Positions 58,367-64,000 of a stretch of DNA of 64,000 nucleotides are shown here, piece by piece. The notes below the pieces were generated by a model that did no database searches, had not been told where the DNA came from, and saw nothing but the letters and a program-made list of their open reading frames with translations. Both the position numbers and the translations under genes were made by a program. Within the stretch, counting starts at the first letter, position 1. Each line of letters opens with the position of its first letter. Location of the stretch: the IMG/VR virus record IMGVR_UViG_3300044633_000521, one strand, 5' to 3'. The DNA is from a virus.

Positions 58367-58996
58367 ATGGCCGCAGTTGTTGGAAATTTACCCGTTGTTA
58401 CTGTAAACAACGTTACAGATGACTATTTTACTAATTTTTTCAAATCAGAAGTGAGTATTGATCCTAATGCTAACGAAGCTGTAATCGGATTCTTTCAGGC
58501 ATTTACTGGCGATAAAGAAACAGGCAAATTGCTCGCAGCATCTGTAGTCTATACAGCATCTACACGGGGTGTAGATCCTATGTCAATCATCGATGAATTG
58601 CGCCGCCTAAAAACAGGTAGAAAGACTGAAGTTAAAACCCCTGTTGATTCAGAAATGTTTATTAGTAGTTATACTTCTTACCAAACTGCTAATGCTGATA
58701 GAACTAACTATACAGCAGGCCAGTTGTTTTATATCCCTCTATTAAATGTGTTTTATGAATTAACTGAAAACTATAGACTAATAGCCTCTACAAAATATAA
58801 GGCAGAGTTAGTTACTGGTCCTCAAATAGAAGACCCTATATACAATTATTATGAAGTTCAATACAATTTTGAAGAAAATGAACTTAATGCTTACCTATGT
58901 ATGTTTTTGAATTTAGATCGTGTTAATACTAGCCTATTAGGAATTAACAACAGCCCAAAAACTAACAAATACATTCAACGTGCCATCTTACCATAA
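58367..58996 (+). CDS. Hypothetical late protein
   Basis: 209-aa ORF with AAGGA SD. Confidence 0.6.
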   Translation: MAAVVGNLPVVTVNNVTDDYFTNFFKSEVSIDPNANEAVIGFFQAFTGDKETGKLLAASVVYTASTRGVDPMSIIDELRRLKTGRKTEVKTPVDSEMFISSYTSYQTANADRTNYTAGQLFYIPLLNVFYELTENYRLIASTKYKAELVTGPQIEDPIYNYYEVQYNFEENELNAYLCMFLNLDRVNTSLLGINNSPKTNKYIQRAILP

Positions 58997-59427
58997 TGAG
59001 CAAATACGCCAACGGCAAATATCAAATAAAGAACATAGAAAAGTACATAGGTAAAAGGTCACCCACGTATCGTAGTAGTTGGGAATTTACTTTTTGTAAT
59101 TTCTGTGATAATAATCCTGCTGTAGTTAGCTGGGCTAGTGAAGCTATTCAGATCCCATACTTTAATCCAGTTAGCGGTAAACAAACAATCTATGTGCCTG
59201 ACTTTTTGGTAGTATACGTAGACAAAAATCAACGTAAGCATACAGAACTAGTAGAAATCAAACCAAGTACACAAACTACAATGGAATCAGCTAAAAGCTA
59301 TCGCGATAAACTAAGCGTAGCTATTAATATGGCCAAGTGGGCCGCTGCTGATGCCTGGTGTCGTGCTAACAATATACGATTTCGTGTAATCACAGAATAC
59401 GATATCTTTAAAAATCTTAAACGATAA
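58996..59427 (+). CDS. gp4: Head completion nuclease, gp4-like (TnsA-type PD-(D/E)xK)
   Basis: YRSSWE, WASE...IPY, YVPDF, VEIKP, NMAKWAAA. Confidence 0.9.
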   Translation: MSKYANGKYQIKNIEKYIGKRSPTYRSSWEFTFCNFCDNNPAVVSWASEAIQIPYFNPVSGKQTIYVPDFLVVYVDKNQRKHTELVEIKPSTQTTMESAKSYRDKLSVAINMAKWAAADAWCRANNIRFRVITEYDIFKNLKR

Positions 59428-59453
59428 TCTATAATAGTGTAAATAGTATTACT

Positions 59454-59957
59454 ATGACACAAAAACTATCCGAACTTTTTAACCTTCCTACTGAGGAAGA
59501 AACTACAGTAGAAGAAGCAGAAACAACCATTGAAGAAAATCGTGAGATGATCGAAGCTGTGGATACTGCTATTGATAAAATTGATGCTGCTTTACCGTTT
59601 GTTCATGATTTGGACGTCGGTGATAAAGAGCTTGATGAACTAAGCGACTTAGCTAAAGAAAAGTTCCAAGACTTAATTGACTTGGGTATGAATGTAGAGG
59701 CACGCTTTAGTGGGCACATATTAGCCACTGCTGGCACATTACTAGGCCATGCTATTACAGCTAAACAAGCTAAACTAGATCGCAAGATGCGTACTATTGA
59801 TCTACAACTTAAAAAAATGCGTTTAGATCAGCAGGCCGCCAAGGATGCTAACAAAAATGACGGTGATAAGTTGCTAGATGCAGAAGATGGGCAAGGCGTA
59901 GTCATTGACCGAAATGAACTACTGAAGCAAATATTATTAAACAACACTAAGAAGTAA
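59454..59957 (+). CDS. Possible terminase small subunit
   Basis: Helical 167-aa late protein ending DRNELLKQI, upstream of terL; assigned from size, pattern and position only. Confidence 0.4.
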   Translation: MTQKLSELFNLPTEEETTVEEAETTIEENREMIEAVDTAIDKIDAALPFVHDLDVGDKELDELSDLAKEKFQDLIDLGMNVEARFSGHILATAGTLLGHAITAKQAKLDRKMRTIDLQLKKMRLDQQAAKDANKNDGDKLLDAEDGQGVVIDRNELLKQILLNNTKK

Positions 59958-60001
59958 AGTTGTCAAATTAGCATAAATAACACTATACAGGACCTATAGG
60001 T

Positions 60002-60598
60002 ATGAAAAACTTTTTAGAACATTTAACTCAATCACAAAAAACATACGAATTTCGTATTAAACTAGCCAATATCGATCCAGCAGAAACAGTAGATCGTTTA
60101 AAAACTGCGTTAGATTCGTATGGTTTAGAAAGTCTTAGTGAAGCTAAACGCTTACCAATAATGGAAAGTGATATCGATTTCCCTAGCATGAAAAATTGTC
60201 AAATTTATCTAATGGATGCGGTGTTAACATATCCAGTAACTGATCAACAATTACGTGCTATAATTGCAGAACGTGCCGGATACCCGTCAGCTAATATAGT
60301 TGTAGTTCCTACTAACCATCCGGAAGAAGCCTGGCGCTGGAACTTAGAGGGTAATGAACTTCGTGAATTTAAAAAAGGCGAAGCAGTATTAGATAAACCT
60401 CTTGAGGAAACTTCTAATGGTGCTGGTAAATCATACGCAGAAGCAGGTACCTTGTTAAAAGAACTAAGCAAAGTAACATTTGATATAGCCGGCAACGATG
60501 AAACTAAGTCACAAACCTTAAATGATATTCCAACAGGCAACACAAGCCCAGTTGGCAGCACAAAAAATAAAATCCCATCAGCGGTAAAAGGACAATAA
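60002..60598 (+). CDS. Hypothetical late protein (possibly head-associated)
   Basis: Late box at 59974; starts MKNFLEHL. Confidence 0.55.
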   Translation: MKNFLEHLTQSQKTYEFRIKLANIDPAETVDRLKTALDSYGLESLSEAKRLPIMESDIDFPSMKNCQIYLMDAVLTYPVTDQQLRAIIAERAGYPSANIVVVPTNHPEEAWRWNLEGNELREFKKGEAVLDKPLEETSNGAGKSYAEAGTLLKELSKVTFDIAGNDETKSQTLNDIPTGNTSPVGSTKNKIPSAVKGQ

Positions 60599-60599
60599 A

Positions 60600-62684
60600 A
60601 TGAGCAACAGTAACAACATCTATAACATCTTAGGCAAATTAAAAGGTATCACTGATACTGCGGCCTTAACACCAGAAACACCGGTAGAAAAAATCTATGA
60701 GAGTGTAGAAGCCAAAGGCGATATTATGGAGGCTGTTCGAAGCCTGGAATCTAAATTTCAAACTTTTAAAGAATCTGCTAAACCAGACTTCTTAGATATG
60801 GACAAAGACGGCGACAAGAAAGAGCCAATGAAGAAAGCCGCTAAGGAAAAAAAAGCTAAACCGTTTAGTAGCGACGACTACGATGAATACGGTGTACGTC
60901 ACTCCTCATCTTTTAATCAACCACCTAAGAAAGCAGTTAAAGATAAAAACAATGCCAAAGGTGCGTTTAAAGATATGTTTGGCGGTGACGCAAAAGATCT
61001 AACCAGCAAACTAAAAATTAAAGAAGGTCAAGGTCCATATACACTTGATGATCCTAAGCACCCTAAGTTCAAAGCAAACTACGAAAAATTTAAAAAATCC
61101 AACCCTGACTGTAAACTGGCAGACTTTGTTGCGGCTATGAAGAAGAAAGAAAAAAATCTTAGCGAAGCGGCCTACGATGAACCAGAAGCGCCAAATGCTG
61201 ATGCCATTGCTAAACGTAAACGTCTACAAGCACTAAAAGACCGTCAAGAAGACGAACGTGCTGAGCGTGGTGGTAGCAATACAAACACCCCAATCCGTAA
61301 AGTTGCTGGTAAAGCCTACGGTGGCGCTGCACAAAAAGATGATGTTAGTGATTTAGATGAAGTGGCACCTCCGGGCAAGAAAGCCGAACGTATGGTTAAA
61401 CACATTAAGAAAGGTTATGCTAAAGACGGTAATCTATCTAAGAAAGAAAAAGGCATTGCTTATGCTACCGCGTGGAAAGCTAAAAAAGCCGGACATGTAG
61501 AAGAAGGCTGTAAATTTGGTGACACCATTGAAAACTCTGCTCCTAAGATGAAAAAATCTAAACTAGCTAAACTTAAAGAAGCACGTGTTATGGAAGAAAC
61601 CGATTACTTCTACGAACAAATTGCTAAAGCATTGGCTGGTGTAAATCCACATTTAGACACAGCAGGTCCTGAGTTTGTTGATGCCGTACGTAAAGAAATG
61701 GTAGCACAAGGTATTGCTCCTAATAAAGCTAGAAACATTCTATTAATGGACGAAGATTTCTTAGGTGACGTAGCAACATCATACGGTCACTATTGTAAAG
61801 ATGTAGCAGAGTGTGGTGCTCCAATGAATAGTCATTTAGGCGGTGTAGAAGAGTTAGATGAGATTGCTAAACTAGCGGGCTTAACTGCTCCCACAGTAGA
61901 GCAATCTACAGGATTAGAACAATCAGATGACGTGATGGATGAAGGTAATGCGTTTACTGGTAAACTAGCTGCCACACCACAGGGCGAAAAGTTTGAGCTA
62001 GGCACCAAGGAGTTTACTGACACTAGTACCATTGAAGAGGCCGCAAGCCGTAAAGACTTCCGTATGGTAGCAGATTTAATTAAAAATATTCCAGATGAGG
62101 CTAAACGTAAAGAGTTAGCACAACATCACGCTGATATATTTAAACAACAAAACCCACGCTTCAGCCATGATAAATTCTATGCTGCCGCAGATGTTGTTAA
62201 TGAAGCTGATATGGCAGAAGGCAACGAATTTTCAGGCGCATTAGCGGCTGCTAAAGCCAGCGGTGCTAAAGAGTTTGAAGTTGACGGTAAACGTTACACA
62301 GTTAAAGAAGATATCAACGTTAGCATTACTGCTAATGGTCAAGAAGATGCGCTTAACTTATTCCGTAAGTTAGCAGGCATGGAAGAAGTAGAAGCTCCAA
62401 CAGCACTTGCGGTTGAATTGCCGCATGACGCAGAAACAGCGATCGCACAAGGCATTGTTGAACCTGTTGAAGTAGAAGTTGATGAAGAACGTGATATTGA
62501 ATATACTAATACACCAAACGAAAAAATTGGCCCAGTAAGTGCTGCTATTCCTAGCGGTGATGATTTACATCGTAGCAAGGAACAATTCCGCAAAGAATAC
62601 CCAGGTGACAATCCGATGGCTGTTAGAGAAGACAGCAACTTATGGAAAAAATACACAGGCATGTTAAAAGGATTATTAAAATGA
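60600..62684 (+). CDS. Charged modular protein, candidate internal head protein
   Basis: 694 aa, Lys/Glu-rich, many hydrophobic-x-E sites, internal EGN.F.G.L repeat. Confidence 0.55.
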   Translation: MSNSNNIYNILGKLKGITDTAALTPETPVEKIYESVEAKGDIMEAVRSLESKFQTFKESAKPDFLDMDKDGDKKEPMKKAAKEKKAKPFSSDDYDEYGVRHSSSFNQPPKKAVKDKNNAKGAFKDMFGGDAKDLTSKLKIKEGQGPYTLDDPKHPKFKANYEKFKKSNPDCKLADFVAAMKKKEKNLSEAAYDEPEAPNADAIAKRKRLQALKDRQEDERAERGGSNTNTPIRKVAGKAYGGAAQKDDVSDLDEVAPPGKKAERMVKHIKKGYAKDGNLSKKEKGIAYATAWKAKKAGHVEEGCKFGDTIENSAPKMKKSKLAKLKEARVMEETDYFYEQIAKALAGVNPHLDTAGPEFVDAVRKEMVAQGIAPNKARNILLMDEDFLGDVATSYGHYCKDVAECGAPMNSHLGGVEELDEIAKLAGLTAPTVEQSTGLEQSDDVMDEGNAFTGKLAATPQGEKFELGTKEFTDTSTIEEAASRKDFRMVADLIKNIPDEAKRKELAQHHADIFKQQNPRFSHDKFYAAADVVNEADMAEGNEFSGALAAAKASGAKEFEVDGKRYTVKEDINVSITANGQEDALNLFRKLAGMEEVEAPTALAVELPHDAETAIAQGIVEPVEVEVDEERDIEYTNTPNEKIGPVSAAIPSGDDLHRSKEQFRKEYPGDNPMAVREDSNLWKKYTGMLKGLLK

Positions 62685-62986
62685 GTTCAGACTTATTAAA
62701 AAAATATGCGATGATTGTTGAAAACGGTAGTTCATTAGAACAGCCAGTCCAAGAAGCACTTTGGGATGATGAAGGCACTAGCCACGCGGCTGATCTAATA
62801 GATCAACTCGAGGAAGCATTATCGGAAGCGGTTAGAATTGCGAATCAACTTGAATCTACTAAAGAAGTAGGTAATGTTGTTGGTGCATACACTCGCCCGT
62901 GGCTTGAAGCATTTTTGCGTAGTAATAGTCAAACAGGTTCTGTAACTGATCTACGTGGTAGACTAGAAGAAGAAGACGAATATTAA
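62681..62986 (+). CDS. Hypothetical protein
   Basis: ATGA-coupled start at 62681 with AAGGA SD. Confidence 0.6.
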   Translation: MSSDLLKKYAMIVENGSSLEQPVQEALWDDEGTSHAADLIDQLEEALSEAVRIANQLESTKEVGNVVGAYTRPWLEAFLRSNSQTGSVTDLRGRLEEEDEY

Positions 62987-63339
62987 TGAAAATTAATGAA
63001 ATAGTTACTGAAGGTGATATTAGGAAGGGTTCTAAAAATGCTCTTCCTAATCTTCAGTCTTTTCCTCATTTAGATAATAACGCTAATCCGTACCTAGCAT
63101 ACCGCTTTGGTATTGAGCTAGCAGGCGCTCCTGATGTAGATGCTGATCAACGTGCCGGCACAGGCAGTGACTTTGTAACAATAGGCTACAGTGCTGCCGA
63201 TCAAGAAATAATTGATCATGCTAGTAAGAAGTTTGGCCTTAAACGCAAAACACATGGCGGCAAAGGTAGTGTTGAATCTAACAAAGCAAACAAAGTTAGT
63301 CCTGTAGCTAAACCTAAGAAAAACAAATACGGCGTATAA
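62986..63339 (+). CDS. Hypothetical protein (possible internal head protein)
   Basis: TAATG-coupled; begins MKINEIVTE. Confidence 0.6.
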   Translation: MKINEIVTEGDIRKGSKNALPNLQSFPHLDNNANPYLAYRFGIELAGAPDVDADQRAGTGSDFVTIGYSAADQEIIDHASKKFGLKRKTHGGKGSVESNKANKVSPVAKPKKNKYGV

Positions 63340-63566
63340 TGGACGAATTAGAACAACTTAGAGTGATGGCTGGCATCGGTAATAAAGCTGATCTTCAAGA
63401 ATATAGTGGCTATGGTAGTGTAGCAAAAACAGAAGGCAGTAATCCTAGCATTACAGCTAACGAAAAAATTCAATACCAAAACAACAATAACATCCAACCA
63501 GGCACACCAGAGTGGTTTAAACTTTGGTTTAGTATGCCTCATCTAACAGGCGAAAAGCCCTGGTAA
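63339..63566 (+). CDS. Hypothetical protein
   Basis: TAATG-coupled; IQPGTPEWFKLWF motif. Confidence 0.6.
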   Translation: MDELEQLRVMAGIGNKADLQEYSGYGSVAKTEGSNPSITANEKIQYQNNNNIQPGTPEWFKLWFSMPHLTGEKPW

Positions 63567-63602
63567 TTTAACTCTCTAAACCAAGCCAGGATAAGTAACT
63601 AT

Positions 63603-64000
63603 ATGGCAACAGCAAAAGGTACAGATAATGTTCTAGTAAAGAAACCTCATCAGCAGGATTCGTTTACACACGAACAACTACAAGAATTTGCAAGGTGCGC
63701 AGATCCTATAACAGGACCCGAGTACTTTATGAGTAATTACTTTTATATCCAGCATCCCACTAAAGGGCGCATGCTATATCAACCGTTTACTTATCAAAAG
63801 CGTTTAATTGACGCCTATCACAACTATCGTTATAGTATATCATTGATGCCACGTCAAACCGGTAAGTCAACAAGTGCCGCGGGTTATTTGTTATGGTACG
63901 CAATGTTTGTGTCAGATAGTACTATTCTTATTGCCGCACATAAGTTTACAGGTTCGCAAGAAATCATGCAGCGTATACGCTACGCTTATGAAAGTGTACC
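63603..64000 (+). CDS. gp17: Terminase large subunit, N-terminal part (runs off the window edge)
   Basis: Not in the ORF track. Manual translation: MATAKG...YFYIQHPTKG...PFTYQ...MPRQTGKST (Walker A)...IAAHK. Confidence 0.93.
   Translation, partial: MATAKGTDNVLVKKPHQQDSFTHEQLQEFARCADPITGPEYFMSNYFYIQHPTKGRMLYQPFTYQKRLIDAYHNYRYSISLMPRQTGKSTSAAGYLLWYAMFVSDSTILIAAHKFTGSQEIMQRIRYAYESV

Larger units (their letters stand above)
1238..63597. promoter_or_regulatory. Dispersed late-promoter motif TAAATA (relaxed T4 TATAAATA)
   Basis: Plus strand: 17827, 18036, 20117, 22501, 24260, 24554, 28922, 30030, 31368, 36511, 37810, 38471, 49868, 53167, 56506, 57232, 59440, 59974, and variant TAAGTA at 63592. 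Minus strand (leftmost base): 1238, 4648, 5062, 10371, 20140, 48128, 53111. Each listed copy is upstream of a gene start in the matching orientation. Confidence 0.85.

Noticed and set aside
1-64000. Stop-codon reassignment, as seen in some large phages
   Set aside because: Core genes are full length in the standard code, and TAA, TAG and TGA all end genes.

Overview
The whole window is a gene-dense, AT-rich segment of a large T4-related (jumbo-type) myovirus genome, read in the standard genetic code. It holds most of the virion morphogenesis region: baseplate, tape measure and its chaperones, portal/protease/scaffold/major capsid, several fibre proteins, neck, sheath, tube, head-completion nuclease and the 5' part of the large terminase. 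It also carries a gp55-like late sigma factor, gp47/gp46, dNMP kinase and accessory enzymes (two radical SAM proteins, sulfotransferase-like, SGNH-like, glycosyltransferase-like, 2OG-Fe(II) oxygenase, Nudix). Two promoter classes can be read from the sequence: sigma70-type (-35/17 bp/-10) and a late TAAATA box. The most striking unexplained element is a ~480-nt ORF-free, heavily base-paired, pseudoknotted region (about 18490-18970) immediately downstream of a stand-alone GIY-YIG nuclease gene. Other notable signals are a -1 frameshift joining two tail-chaperone ORFs, systematic leaderless genes, a hairpin that hides the neck-gene ribosome-binding site in early transcripts, and a late promoter embedded in the late-sigma gene's own promoter. 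All product calls come from motif recognition and gene order; no database search or folding program was run. I saw no tRNA, rRNA or CRISPR array.
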